Shown: piece after piece, positions 9,574-19,147 of the stretch
How the letters are laid out: every line of letters begins with the position of its first letter
Position numbering within the stretch: the first letter of the stretch is position 1
Source of the DNA: an uncultured Bacteroidales bacterium
GTDB taxonomy: Bacteria; Bacteroidota; Bacteroidia; Bacteroidales; Paludibacteraceae
Reading direction: 5' to 3'
Assembly (NCBI GenBank): GCA_900317345.1
Contig: ONGK01000005.1
Coordinates: forward strand, 32,099-96,098
DNA length: 64,000 nt
The notes under the pieces: model-generated
Database searches by the model: none
The model's input: the letters and a program-made list of their open reading frames with translations, nothing else
Told to the model about the DNA's origin: nothing
Program-made: the position numbers and the translations under genes

Positions 9574-10947
9574 ATGAGTTTAGTCAAGAGTATTTCAGGA
9601 ATCCGCGGCACGATAGGTGGGCGCGTAGGAGACGGGTTGAATCCGGTAGATATCGTTCGTTTCACAGCAGCCTATGCTACGCAACGCCGTGCAGCCTTGC
9701 CCGGCAATAACAAGGTTGTGGTTGGCCGTGATGCCCGTTTGAGCGGGCATATGGTAGAAGCGCTCGTCTGCGGCACGCTGATGGGCATGGGCTATGATGT
9801 GGTCAATATAGGCTTGGCAACCACGCCGACCACCGAGCTGGCGGTCACTGGTGAGAAAGCAGCAGGCGGTATTATCCTGACCGCTAGCCATAATCCCAAG
9901 CAATGGAACGCACTCAAATTGCTAAATGAGCATGGTGAGTTTCTCAATGATGCCGAAGGAAAATGCGTATTGGCAATAGCTGAGGCGGAAGACTTTACCT
10001 TCGCCGAGGTAGATGATTTGGGGCACATGACTCACAAGGATTATCTGCCTTACCATGTGGAGCAAGTACTCAACCTCAAACTGGTGGACAAAGCAGCGAT
10101 AGAGAAACGCAATTTCACCGTGGCTATTGACTGTGTGAACTCAGTTGGAGGTTTGGCTATTCCTGCTATTCTGCGGGCACTTGGCGTGAAGAATGTCATT
10201 GAATTGAACTGCACACCGGATGGCCGTTTCCCGCATAATCCGGAGCCGCTGCCGCAACATCTGACGCAGATAAGCGACCTGCTCAAGAGCGGTAAGGCGG
10301 ATGTAGGTTTTGTGGTCGACCCGGATGTGGACCGTTTGGCGATCATCTGCGAGAACGGCGAGATGTTCGGAGAGGAATATACCTTGGTCAGCGTGGCGGA
10401 TTATATCCTTCGTCATACGCCGGGGAATACGGTCAGCAATATGTCCTCCACACGTGCGCTGAGCGATGTGACCAAAGCGCACGGAGGTGAGTATAGCGCA
10501 AGCGCCGTAGGCGAGGTAAACGTGGTAGCGGAGATGAAGCGTGTCAATGCGGTCATAGGTGGCGAAGGCAACGGCGGGGTTATCTATCCGGCTTGCCACT
10601 ACGGACGTGACGCACTAGTAGGTATCGCATTGTTCCTGAGCCACTTGGCGCATCTTGATATGAAGGTGAGTGAATTGCGCCGTACGCTGCCGGACTATTG
10701 CATCAGTAAGAATCGTATCGACTTGACGCCCGACACAGACGTAGATGCCATTCTGGCACGGGTGAAGGAGTTGTACAAGAACGAACGCGTGAACGACCGT
10801 GATGGCGTGAAAATAGATTTTGCAGATGGCTGGGTACATCTGCGTAAATCCAATACCGAGCCTATCATCCGTGTTTATTCAGAGGCCGCCACAATGGATG
10901 AAGCCAATGCGTTGGCGCAGAAAGTGATGGCGGTGGTCAAAGGCTGA
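9574..10947 (+). CDS. glmM: phosphoglucosamine mutase (alpha-D-phosphohexomutase family)
   Basis: 457 aa. Contains SISGIRGTIGG, the active-site loop TASHNPKQWNALK, and the metal loop VVDPDVDR. Confidence 0.85.
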   Translation: MSLVKSISGIRGTIGGRVGDGLNPVDIVRFTAAYATQRRAALPGNNKVVVGRDARLSGHMVEALVCGTLMGMGYDVVNIGLATTPTTELAVTGEKAAGGIILTASHNPKQWNALKLLNEHGEFLNDAEGKCVLAIAEAEDFTFAEVDDLGHMTHKDYLPYHVEQVLNLKLVDKAAIEKRNFTVAIDCVNSVGGLAIPAILRALGVKNVIELNCTPDGRFPHNPEPLPQHLTQISDLLKSGKADVGFVVDPDVDRLAIICENGEMFGEEYTLVSVADYILRHTPGNTVSNMSSTRALSDVTKAHGGEYSASAVGEVNVVAEMKRVNAVIGGEGNGGVIYPACHYGRDALVGIALFLSHLAHLDMKVSELRRTLPDYCISKNRIDLTPDTDVDAILARVKELYKNERVNDRDGVKIDFADGWVHLRKSNTEPIIRVYSEAATMDEANALAQKVMAVVKG

Positions 10948-12074
10948 TGGCAAAATATTTCCTGATAGCAGGCGAAGCTTCCGGAGACCAGCACGCAGCT
11001 GCACTTATTGAGCAGATCAAGCAGCGTGACCCGCAGGCACAGTTCATAGGACTCGGTGGTGACCGGATGGTCGCTGCCGAGTGCCGGTTATACAGGGATT
11101 ATAGCCATATGGCGTTTATGGGCTTTGATGCTGTCTTGCGTCATTGGCGGGATGTACGGGATAATTTCCGTATTGCCCAAGATGCTCTTTTGAGCGAGCG
11201 GCCGGACGTGCTGATTCTCATTGATTATCCGTCTTTCAACCTCCGCATGGCCTCTTTCTGCCGCAAGCACTTGCCTAACACCCGAATCGTCTATTATATT
11301 TTGCCGAAAGTATGGGCGTGGAAGCGCAGGCGGATTCATCAAATAGCCCGTTTGTGCGATGAAGTGCTGGCTATCTTCCCCTTCGAGCCGGCATATTATG
11401 CCAAGTACGGCTATCGCTGTACATATGTAGGTAATCCTACGATGGAAGGGATAGAGCGCTTCGCTCAAAGTAGAAAGACCGCTACACTCAAAGTAGAAAG
11501 ACCGCTACGCTCAAAGATGATTGCCCTTCTGCCCGGCAGCCGTCCTTCGGAGGTATCCCACTGCTTGCCGCGGATGTTAGATGCTGCGCGGCGTTTCCCA
11601 GAGTATAGTATAACTGTCTGCGCTGCGCCGGGGATAGACGATGCGTTCTATACTCCTTATTTACGCGCAGGCGAAGCGCTCACGCGCGATACATACACGA
11701 CGCTTCTTCAAGCCGCTGCGGCTGTTGTCAATTCCGGCACGGCTACCTTGGAAACGGCATTGCTGGGATGTCCGCAAGTGGCGGTGTACCATCTGGCTCT
11801 TTCACCGCTGGTAGCGCTCATCCGGTGGGCGCAGCCGTTCTTCTTCTCCGTCAAGCATTTTACGCTCGTCAATATTATCGCCGGCAAAGAGGTTATCAAA
11901 GAATGTATAGCCAATGAGTTTACAAGCGATTGTGTGGCGGACGAACTGCAACGCTTGCTGACCGATGAAGCATATAAAAAAGAGATGCTTGCGAACTACA
12001 AGCATCTCTCTGATTCTCTGGGCTCTCTGCCCGCTTCGGCTACGGCCGCTGACATCATCACATCGAGACAATAA
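10947..12074 (+). CDS. lpxB: lipid-A-disaccharide synthase
   Basis: MAKYFLIAGEASGDQHAAALI..., LILIDYPSFNLR, LLPGSR..., VNSGTATLETALLGCPQVAVY. It contains an internal 23-nt tandem repeat (see findings). Confidence 0.9.
   Translation: MAKYFLIAGEASGDQHAAALIEQIKQRDPQAQFIGLGGDRMVAAECRLYRDYSHMAFMGFDAVLRHWRDVRDNFRIAQDALLSERPDVLILIDYPSFNLRMASFCRKHLPNTRIVYYILPKVWAWKRRRIHQIARLCDEVLAIFPFEPAYYAKYGYRCTYVGNPTMEGIERFAQSRKTATLKVERPLRSKMIALLPGSRPSEVSHCLPRMLDAARRFPEYSITVCAAPGIDDAFYTPYLRAGEALTRDTYTTLLQAAAAVVNSGTATLETALLGCPQVAVYHLALSPLVALIRWAQPFFFSVKHFTLVNIIAGKEVIKECIANEFTSDCVADELQRLLTDEAYKKEMLANYKHLSDSLGSLPASATAADIITSRQ
11464..11516 (+). repeat. 2.3 copies of a 23-nt tandem repeat inside lpxB
   Basis: CTCAAAGTAGAAAGACCGCTACA / CTCAAAGTAGAAAGACCGCTACG / CTCAAAG. 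The two full copies are read in different frames (QSRKTATL and KVERPLRSK). Confidence 0.9.
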
Positions 12075-12336
12075 GGGATGCCAGCAAATATGGCAAAGCA
12101 CCCGCCAGGACGCCTTTGGCTAATCGCCAGGTGTCGGTTGTGTAAAACACAAACACCAGTGCCAAATCGGGAAACACGCTTACCATCAGCAGTTTGCTGA
12201 ACACGCTGCCGGCATGATATTGAAGCGCTTCGAGTGTGTACCACAAGTTCATCACATCGATATAGATGAGCGCGAAAGCGGCAGGCAGAATTAGGCCTAT
12301 CACTATCCCTATCCAATAGCGGTCAAAGCGATCCAT
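12058..12336 (-). CDS. small integral membrane protein
   Basis: ORF 12058-12426 trimmed to ATG 12336 (MDRFDRYWIGIVIGLILPAAFALIY...). About three hydrophobic segments. Sits downstream of surE with a 14-nt overlap. Confidence 0.5.
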   Translation of the reverse strand: MDRFDRYWIGIVIGLILPAAFALIYIDVMNLWYTLEALQYHAGSVFSKLLMVSVFPDLALVFVFYTTDTWRLAKGVLAGALPYLLASLIVSM

Positions 12337-13078
12337 AATCCGTCCAGTCCAAATGGAGTGGGGTGATACTGAGCAGCTGATGCTCCATCGCCCAAATATC
12401 TGTGTCCGTTGCAGACGGCTCATCATTGACGAACTGCCCGCCTAACGTCCAGCCATTAAGCACTCCGTCCGGTGTTTCGCCTTCGATGGGCACTAACTCA
12501 TTCGCCCAATGGCCGACACACTGCCGCGTCCATCGCATACCCTCAATTTCACCCACCGGCGCATTGATGTTGAAGCATGTGCGCGGCGCGATGCCTTCTT
12601 CATACAGGTGTTGCGTCACCTCGCATAGGAAGGGTTGCAACCAATGTAAATCGACGTCCATGTGATGGTCGTTGATAGACCAGCCGATAGCCGGAATGCC
12701 CTTCTCCGCTGCCACGAGACATGCGCCGATAGTGCCTGAATACATGGCGTTGATGGCTGCGTTGCTGCCGTGGTTAATGCCCGATACAAGCAGGTCTATC
12801 TCCTTGTCTGCGAATAGTATCTCACGGGCAATCTTCACGCAGTCTGCCGGCGTGCCGTTGGTCGTATATACCTCTGCGCCGTTCAGGTCATGTTCTTCAA
12901 TGCGTCTCAGGTAAATCGGTTTGGCGGCACTGATGGCGGCTCCGTAACCGCTACGCGCGCTATCCGGCGCAATAACGGTCACATTGCCCAATTTGGTCAT
13001 CTCTTTGGCCAGCAGGCGGATACCCGCTGTGCCCCAGCCGTCGTCGTTGACAACAACTATGTTTATTCTTTCACTCAT
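12323..13078 (-). CDS. surE: 5'/3'-nucleotidase SurE
   Basis: MSERINIVVVNDDGWGTAGIRLL... and GINHGSNAAINAMYSGTIGA are SurE signatures. Confidence 0.92.
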   Translation of the reverse strand: MSERINIVVVNDDGWGTAGIRLLAKEMTKLGNVTVIAPDSARSGYGAAISAAKPIYLRRIEEHDLNGAEVYTTNGTPADCVKIAREILFADKEIDLLVSGINHGSNAAINAMYSGTIGACLVAAEKGIPAIGWSINDHHMDVDLHWLQPFLCEVTQHLYEEGIAPRTCFNINAPVGEIEGMRWTRQCVGHWANELVPIEGETPDGVLNGWTLGGQFVNDEPSATDTDIWAMEHQLLSITPLHLDWTDYGSL

Positions 13079-13092
13079 TCACGCTTTCCTCA

Positions 13093-15897
13093 TTATTCCG
13101 GGAACATGACTACTTCGAACATATTGCCGGATTTGAGCAACTCTTTGAGTGTCGACTGTACGCTCTCAGCCGAGATGGCCTCCACTGCGGACTTGTAGTC
13201 GCGTACCTCGTTCACCCCGTACATGTAATACATGTAAAGCGTCTGGCGCCAGAAGGTGTTCTTCTCCAGGTCTTCCTGGAAGTCTTTGAGCATCGACTCT
13301 TTCTCTTTCTGCAGATCGCTTGCCAACGGACCGTTCTCCACGATGGTTTGAATCTCTTCGTGGATGATTTCCATCAGACGCGTCTGTTTGAGCGGGTCGG
13401 TGTCGAATTGCATGATAAGGCCGGCTTTCGGTGTCGGAAGTATGGTCATGAATCCGTAGGTACCTACGCCGTACGAACCGCCTTCGCGTTCGCGGATGGA
13501 CTCCAGATAACGCGTGCTGAGGATGCGGCCGATGATATCCATATTCAGGTCATTGGCCATCGTGTAAGGCATGTCGTATGAGGTATACTGGATGCGGTTC
13601 GAGGCCGTTGTCGTCTCCATTTGGCGGCTGAAGTAGTTCTTCTGCTGCCCCAGCGCCACAGTCACGTGGTGGTCAATAACGCCCTCGCGCTGATGTTTGT
13701 TGGTCTTCAGACCGCCCAGCCACAGGCAAATAAGGTCTTTCACTTTCGGGTCTTTCGGGTCGATATTTCCCACGAAGATGAAGGTGAAGTCTGCGGGGTT
13801 CGCAAAGCGTGCTTTGTATACCTCCAGCGCTTTGTCCAGTGATACTTTGTCCAGCAATTCCATGTTGAAGAGCGGAGCACGGGGCGAGTGGTTATTGCTC
13901 ATCACCTGTACGGAATCGGAGAAGATGATTTTTGGGTTCTTGTCGCGGTTGAGCAATTGATTGCGCAGCAGGCCCATCAGCGTCTCGTACGCCTCTTCGT
14001 CACGGCGCGGAGCTGTGAAATCAAGATAGGTCAGCTGAAGCATGGTCTCCAGGTCTTTCACACTGGATGAGCCATGGATGCGCTCGGTGTTCTCTGAAAT
14101 CTCAGGGTTCACGGAAACCATCTTGCCGGTTAGGGCTTTTTGCAGTTGGGTGGCGTTGAAGCGCCCGATGCCGCTGTACGAAATGATATATTGTGCCACT
14201 TGTGCCGAAGGCAGGTCTGCGGTCTTCACTTGTGAATAACCGCCTTTCGAGAAGGCCTGCATCAGTATCTCGTCTGCCTTGAACTCGGTCGGTTTGATAA
14301 CCACTTTTATGCCGTTGGACAGCGTCCATTCGGTGATACCCAGTTCTGCATCCTCTTTCACGGATTTGATTTTGCCCTTGTGCGGTGCTTTCTTCACCAG
14401 TTCGCTGTCGATGGCCTCCTCTACGGGTGCCTCTATCTCCAGTTCGCTTTGTCCCGCAAGAGCCGCTAAGATGGTCTCTTCGGACGGGATATTCACGCCT
14501 TCTTTCTCCGGACCGGAGATAGCCACAGTCGGGTTCGCATGAATAAGTGCTTTAGCCACGTTGTTTATGGTCTCAAGGCTCACCATAGGCAGTACAGCCT
14601 GGATGAAATCGTATTCCCACTGTGCGCCGGGCATCGACTCTCCGTCTTCAAAATGGCGGATACACTCGCGTGCCAGCGTGATGTTACGACGGGTGTTACG
14701 CTCATTGTAGTATTTCTCCATCGAGTTGAGTTTCTCGCTCTTCACGCGGTCCAGTTCGCTCTGCGTGAAACCGTAGCGGTGCATCTTCTCCAATTGGAAG
14801 AGCAGGTCGTTGAAGGCTTCTGTCTCGCGTCCTTCTTTCGGAATGCTGACAGCGTTGAAAGCATCCATTTTCTTCACCGTCTCGCCGTAGTAGCAACCGG
14901 CGCCGGTGAACGAAGCTTTCGGGTCAAGTGCCAGTTCCGAGAAACGATTGTCCAGCATGTCGCAAGCCAAGCCGCGAACCAGTTTCAGCATGTATTCTTG
15001 GGCTGTGCCTTGCAGCAACGTGGGCAGTTGGTCGAATTTATACTCCAATGTGATACGGCTGCCTTCTGCCTCCGGGTCGGTCACGATGGCCACCAGCGGC
15101 TTGTCGTTGTGGTTAACCGTGTAGATGGGGCGCTCGCCGTAGTTGGCACGACGTGGCACATTTGCCCACAGCGCTTTTATCTTTGCCTCGATGGTATCTA
15201 CGTTAATGTCGCCTACTACGATAATCGCCTGGTTGTCAGGACCGTACCATTTATGATAGTAGTCGCGCAACGCTTGATATTCAAAATTATTGATGACGGC
15301 GGTATCGCCGATCACATCGCGTTTTGCATACTGCGTACCCGGATACATCTTCGCGTTCATCTCTTTCCATATACGGCGGTTTGCGGTCCTTCCGGTACGC
15401 CATTCTTCGCGAATCACACCGCGCTCTGCGTCTATCTCTTCCGGCAGGAGCAGCAGGCCGCAGCTCCAGTCGTGCATCACTAGCAATGCGCTATCGATGA
15501 TGCCTTCGCGGTATGTCGGCACGTCCGAGAGACGATAAACGGTCTCGTCAATGGAGGTATAGGCGTTGATATTGCCGCCGAAGTTCACACCCACGGACTC
15601 GAAGTAGTTGATGATGCCCTTGCCCGGGAAATGCTCCGTGCCGTTGAACGCCATATGCTCGAGGAAGTGCGCCAAACCGTTTTGGTTATCCTCTTCGAGG
15701 ATGGCGCCCACGGATTGTGCGATATGGAACTCGCAGCGTTGTTTCGGCTGTTCGTTGTGACGGATGTAGTACGTCAGGCCGTTGTCTAACTTTCCGTAGC
15801 GGACTTCCGGGTCCATCGGCAGTTTCTCCGGCGCCTCTTGCGCCGACACCATCACAGCTGCGCACAGCAGCGCGATGTTAAGAAGGATTCGTTTCAT
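13093..15897 (-). CDS. secreted M16 (pitrilysin/insulinase) family zinc peptidase
   Basis: 934 aa. Signal peptide, inverted zinc motif HFLEHMAFNG (HxxEH), and a double M16 architecture. Confidence 0.88.
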   Translation of the reverse strand: MKRILLNIALLCAAVMVSAQEAPEKLPMDPEVRYGKLDNGLTYYIRHNEQPKQRCEFHIAQSVGAILEEDNQNGLAHFLEHMAFNGTEHFPGKGIINYFESVGVNFGGNINAYTSIDETVYRLSDVPTYREGIIDSALLVMHDWSCGLLLLPEEIDAERGVIREEWRTGRTANRRIWKEMNAKMYPGTQYAKRDVIGDTAVINNFEYQALRDYYHKWYGPDNQAIIVVGDINVDTIEAKIKALWANVPRRANYGERPIYTVNHNDKPLVAIVTDPEAEGSRITLEYKFDQLPTLLQGTAQEYMLKLVRGLACDMLDNRFSELALDPKASFTGAGCYYGETVKKMDAFNAVSIPKEGRETEAFNDLLFQLEKMHRYGFTQSELDRVKSEKLNSMEKYYNERNTRRNITLARECIRHFEDGESMPGAQWEYDFIQAVLPMVSLETINNVAKALIHANPTVAISGPEKEGVNIPSEETILAALAGQSELEIEAPVEEAIDSELVKKAPHKGKIKSVKEDAELGITEWTLSNGIKVVIKPTEFKADEILMQAFSKGGYSQVKTADLPSAQVAQYIISYSGIGRFNATQLQKALTGKMVSVNPEISENTERIHGSSSVKDLETMLQLTYLDFTAPRRDEEAYETLMGLLRNQLLNRDKNPKIIFSDSVQVMSNNHSPRAPLFNMELLDKVSLDKALEVYKARFANPADFTFIFVGNIDPKDPKVKDLICLWLGGLKTNKHQREGVIDHHVTVALGQQKNYFSRQMETTTASNRIQYTSYDMPYTMANDLNMDIIGRILSTRYLESIREREGGSYGVGTYGFMTILPTPKAGLIMQFDTDPLKQTRLMEIIHEEIQTIVENGPLASDLQKEKESMLKDFQEDLEKNTFWRQTLYMYYMYGVNEVRDYKSAVEAISAESVQSTLKELLKSGNMFEVVMFPE

Positions 15898-17923
15898 TAT
15901 CGTCTTTCTTTTTACGGGGTTTTCTTTTGGGTTTCTGAGCGGCGGCTTCTGCCTCTTCGGCCGCTATCTGCGCATTCACTTCCAATAGCTCGTCGCCGCG
16001 GCTCTTCCAGGGACGCGGACCGAGGATGCGCTCTACATCTTCGGCAGTAATGACCTCGCGCTCAATGAGCAGTTGGGCTATTTGATGATGTCCCTCTGCA
16101 TGCTCGGTCAGTATCTGTTTGGCGCGGGCCATTTGTTCGGCGATGATGCGTTGCGTCTCTTCGTCAATCAGTTTCGCCGTTTCTTCCGAATAGGGCTTGA
16201 TAAATCCGTAGTCATAGCGGCCTGTCGAGTCATAGAAGCTTACATCTTTCAGCTTGTCGCTCATGCCGTAATAGGCCACCATCGCGTAGGACTGTTTGGT
16301 GGCACGCTCCAGGTCGTTCAGAGCGCCCGTCGAGGTCTGGTTGAGGAATAGCTGTTCTGCTGCCCGGCCGCCGAGTAATGAGCATAGCTCATCGAGGATA
16401 TGCTCTTCGTTGGTCAGCTGCCGTTCTTCAGGCAGATACCAGGCTGCGCCCAATGCCATGCCGCGAGGAACAATCGTCACTTTGACCAGCGGGTTGGCCC
16501 AACGCAGCATCCAACTGATGGTGGCGTGCCCTGCTTCGTGGTAGGCAATCGATTTCTTCTCTTCTTCGGTCATGATTTTGTTCTTGCGCTCCAAGCCGCC
16601 TACGATGCGGTCTACGGCATCCATGAAGTCCTGTTTGCCGATTTTCTTACGGCCGCCGCGGGCTGCTATCAACGCCGCCTCGTTGCATACATTGGCGATA
16701 TCGGCGCCAGAGAAGCCCGGAGTCTGCTTGCTCAGGAAATCCAAATCGACCGTCTCGTCCAGTTTCAGCGGACGGAGATGTACTTGAAATATCTCCTTAC
16801 GCTCCTGTAAATCAGGCAGTTCAACATGTATCTGTCGGTCAAAACGACCTGCACGCAGCAGCGCTGCGTCCAGCACGTCAGCGCGGTTAGTGGCTGCCAG
16901 AATGATAACACCGCTATTGGTTCCGAAGCCGTCCATCTCTGTCAGCAGTTGGTTCAGTGTGCTCTCGCGCTCGTCGTTGCCGCCGGTCATCACTCCTTTG
17001 CTACGGCTGCGGCCGATGGCGTCTATCTCGTCGATGAAGATGATGGCCGGCGCTTTCTCTTTCGCCTGACGGAAGAGGTCACGAACACGGCTTGCACCTA
17101 CGCCCACGAACATCTCCACAAAATCGCTACCCGACATCGAGAAGAACGGCACGTCCGCCTCGCCGGCTACGGCTTTGGCAAGCAGCGTCTTTCCTGTGCC
17201 CGGAGGGCCTACCAGCAGAGCGCCTTTAGGAATTTTCGCTCCTATCTCTGTGTATTTCTTCGGGTTCTTGAGGAACTCCACTATCTCCTGCACTTCCTGC
17301 TTCGCGCCGTACAGACCGGCCACGTCCTGGAAGGTCACTTTGTCCTTTTTCTCTTTGTCGAACAGCTGTGCTTTCGCTCTGCCGACGCCGAAAATACCGC
17401 CGGGACCATCGCCGCCGCCGAAGCCGCGACTCATGTACACGAAGAAAAGAATGAGCAGCGCGAAGGGAAGGATATTAACCAATATCAGATACCAGTAGTC
17501 ATGCGATTTGTTGTATTTCACATCTATCGCCGCCTGGCCGTTGGCCTTGCGTGTCGCGTTCACGCCGTCGATATATTTCGAAAACTCGTCAATGGAGGGC
17601 ACTTGTGTACGCAGTTTTCCTTTCGAGCGCTCCCCGTCGCCTTGCGTGCCGAACACCAGCGTGTAACTCTGAGGCTTGACGGTGGCGATGGCCATCAGGT
17701 CGTCGGACACATCGATACTCTCGATAGCGCCCACTTCGATATAAGCGGTTAACTTCGTGTAACTCAACTCTTTGCTGGCACCCTTGCCGTCTTTGTCACC
17801 GAATAGGTAAAAACCCATCAGCGCAAATGCAATGGTGTAGAATAATATACTCAGCCATCTGCGCGGTCCGCGCGGATGTCCGTTCTGCCGCTGTGGTCTG
17901 TTGCTTCGTTTCTTCTCTGCCAT
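15878..17923 (-). CDS. ftsH: ATP-dependent zinc metalloprotease FtsH
   Basis: ORF 15878-18031 trimmed to ATG 17923 ([11 protein letters not shown]...), which clears the rsfS stop. Walker [14 protein letters not shown], Walker [13 protein letters not shown], zinc site HEAGHA. Confidence 0.92.
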   Translation of the reverse strand: MAEKKRSNRPQRQNGHPRGPRRWLSILFYTIAFALMGFYLFGDKDGKGASKELSYTKLTAYIEVGAIESIDVSDDLMAIATVKPQSYTLVFGTQGDGERSKGKLRTQVPSIDEFSKYIDGVNATRKANGQAAIDVKYNKSHDYWYLILVNILPFALLILFFVYMSRGFGGGDGPGGIFGVGRAKAQLFDKEKKDKVTFQDVAGLYGAKQEVQEIVEFLKNPKKYTEIGAKIPKGALLVGPPGTGKTLLAKAVAGEADVPFFSMSGSDFVEMFVGVGASRVRDLFRQAKEKAPAIIFIDEIDAIGRSRSKGVMTGGNDERESTLNQLLTEMDGFGTNSGVIILAATNRADVLDAALLRAGRFDRQIHVELPDLQERKEIFQVHLRPLKLDETVDLDFLSKQTPGFSGADIANVCNEAALIAARGGRKKIGKQDFMDAVDRIVGGLERKNKIMTEEEKKSIAYHEAGHATISWMLRWANPLVKVTIVPRGMALGAAWYLPEERQLTNEEHILDELCSLLGGRAAEQLFLNQTSTGALNDLERATKQSYAMVAYYGMSDKLKDVSFYDSTGRYDYGFIKPYSEETAKLIDEETQRIIAEQMARAKQILTEHAEGHHQIAQLLIEREVITAEDVERILGPRPWKSRGDELLEVNAQIAAEEAEAAAQKPKRKPRKKKDDNETNPS

Positions 17924-17988
17924 ATAGTTTCTTTTATCTTTGTCTTTTATTTTTTGTCTTTGAGGCCGCAGGCCGGTCTTTCTACTTT

Positions 17989-18354
17989 CTACAGCACCTC
18001 CGGCAGCTCGGTAATCTTTCCGTCCGCCCACAGGTGTTCGATGTCGTAAAACGCACGCGGTTCACGTTGCATGATATGCACAAAAATCGTACCGTAGTCC
18101 ATCGCTATCCACTCGGCGTTTTCCTGACCTGCCACGCTCAGCGGATGAACATGGGTCTTCGTGCGCACAAAATCGTCCACTTCGTCTGCTATTGCCGACA
18201 CTTGAGTGTTGCTCTGACCTTCGCAAATAAGCATCATCTCCACCGGTGCTTCTTTGATTTTGCGCAGGTCGATGGTCACAATACGTTGTCCTTTGCGGTT
18301 GCGGATACCTTCAATTATCGTATCCAAAAGTTTCTTTGTTGTTATCTCTTTCAT
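17989..18354 (-). CDS. rsfS: ribosome silencing factor RsfS
   Basis: 121 aa. ...MLICEGQSNTQVSAIADEV...EWIAMDYGTIFVHIM...YDIEHLW. The position upstream of ftsH is conserved. Confidence 0.9.
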   Translation of the reverse strand: MKEITTKKLLDTIIEGIRNRKGQRIVTIDLRKIKEAPVEMMLICEGQSNTQVSAIADEVDDFVRTKTHVHPLSVAGQENAEWIAMDYGTIFVHIMQREPRAFYDIEHLWADGKITELPEVL

Positions 18355-18422
18355 TCGTATTTATAATATATTCTTTATATCTTTAGGTGCCGCTTTGGCG
18401 CCTATTACTCCAAATTAGCGTG

Positions 18423-18430
18423 CAAAGATA
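18423..18430 (-). promoter_or_regulatory. -7 box (TATCTTTG) for the rsfS-ftsH-M16-surE unit
   Basis: The minus strand reads gcaaaatttgttgTATCTTTGcacgc. Confidence 0.6.
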
Positions 18431-18494
18431 CAACAAATTTTGCACATATGCAAGAGTTTAGGTGTTTTTTTGCAGAGAGTGCCGAAGATACAAC

Positions 18495-19004
18495 TTATTT
18501 TTTTGCGTTTCGGGCAAAGTCAAATAATGCTTTTGGAAGGTGGCAGTATCCATCCGGATGCTTTTCCAAATAGTCTTGGTGATACTCATCGGCAGGATAG
18601 AAGTTGTGCAAAGGCAGTTTCTCGACCGCTAAGGCTTGCGAATATTTGCTTTGCTCCTCCGCATAGATTTTTTCGATAGTTGGCAAATCCTCTGCATCCG
18701 TATAATATATGCCTGTGCGGTAACGGGTGCCTTCGTCGTGACCTTGCTTGTTCAGGCTCGTCGGATCAATAGCCACAAAGAACATCCGTAGCAGGAACTC
18801 CAGACTTATTGTATCCGGATTATATGTCACATGCACTGTCTCGGCATAACCGGTCTTATCTGTATATACCTGTTCGTACGTCGGGTTGTCCGTCTGCCCG
18901 TTGGCAAAGCCCACTTCTGTTTCGACCACTCCGGCTATCTGTTTGAAGAAATGTTCCGTTCCCCAGAAGCATCCCCCTGCTAAATAGATGTGTTTGCGTG
19001 TCAT
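18495..19004 (-). CDS. msrA: peptide-methionine (S)-S-oxide reductase
   Basis: GGCFWGTEHFF active-site motif. The start is set at ATG 19004 (MTRKHIYLAGG) because the longer ORF begins at a TTG that overlaps the -7 box at 19020-19027. Confidence 0.9.
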   Translation of the reverse strand: MTRKHIYLAGGCFWGTEHFFKQIAGVVETEVGFANGQTDNPTYEQVYTDKTGYAETVHVTYNPDTISLEFLLRMFFVAIDPTSLNKQGHDEGTRYRTGIYYTDAEDLPTIEKIYAEEQSKYSQALAVEKLPLHNFYPADEYHQDYLEKHPDGYCHLPKALFDFARNAKK

Positions 19005-19019
19005 ATTGTCTTTTTGGAG

Positions 19020-19027
19020 CAAAGGTA
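19020..19027 (-). promoter_or_regulatory. -7 box (TACCTTTG) for msrA
   Basis: The minus strand reads aaaaaaaatgtacTACCTTTGctcc. Confidence 0.55.
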
Positions 19028-19061
19028 GTACATTTTTTTTGATTATGCAAATAAAAAACAG

Positions 19062-19088
19062 AAAAAGCGCACGAAAATTGCGCTTTTT
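19062..19088. terminator. short bidirectional hairpin terminator after the giant gene
   Basis: AAAAAGCGCAcgaaaatTGCGCTTTTT: a 6-bp stem flanked by an A-run and a T-run. It lies between the stop at 19148 and the msrA promoter. Confidence 0.5.
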
Positions 19089-19147
19089 CTATACCTTTGC
19101 AGTCCCACCTTTCATCGAGCGGGAGGTTTAGCATATGAATACCCCAA

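Noticed and set aside
19092-19099. A plus-strand TACCTTTG box pointing antisense into the 3' end of the giant gene (possible antisense RNA promoter).
   Set aside because: TAnnTTTG has six fixed positions and is expected by chance many times in 64 kb on two strands. There is no A-rich upstream context or downstream feature to support it.
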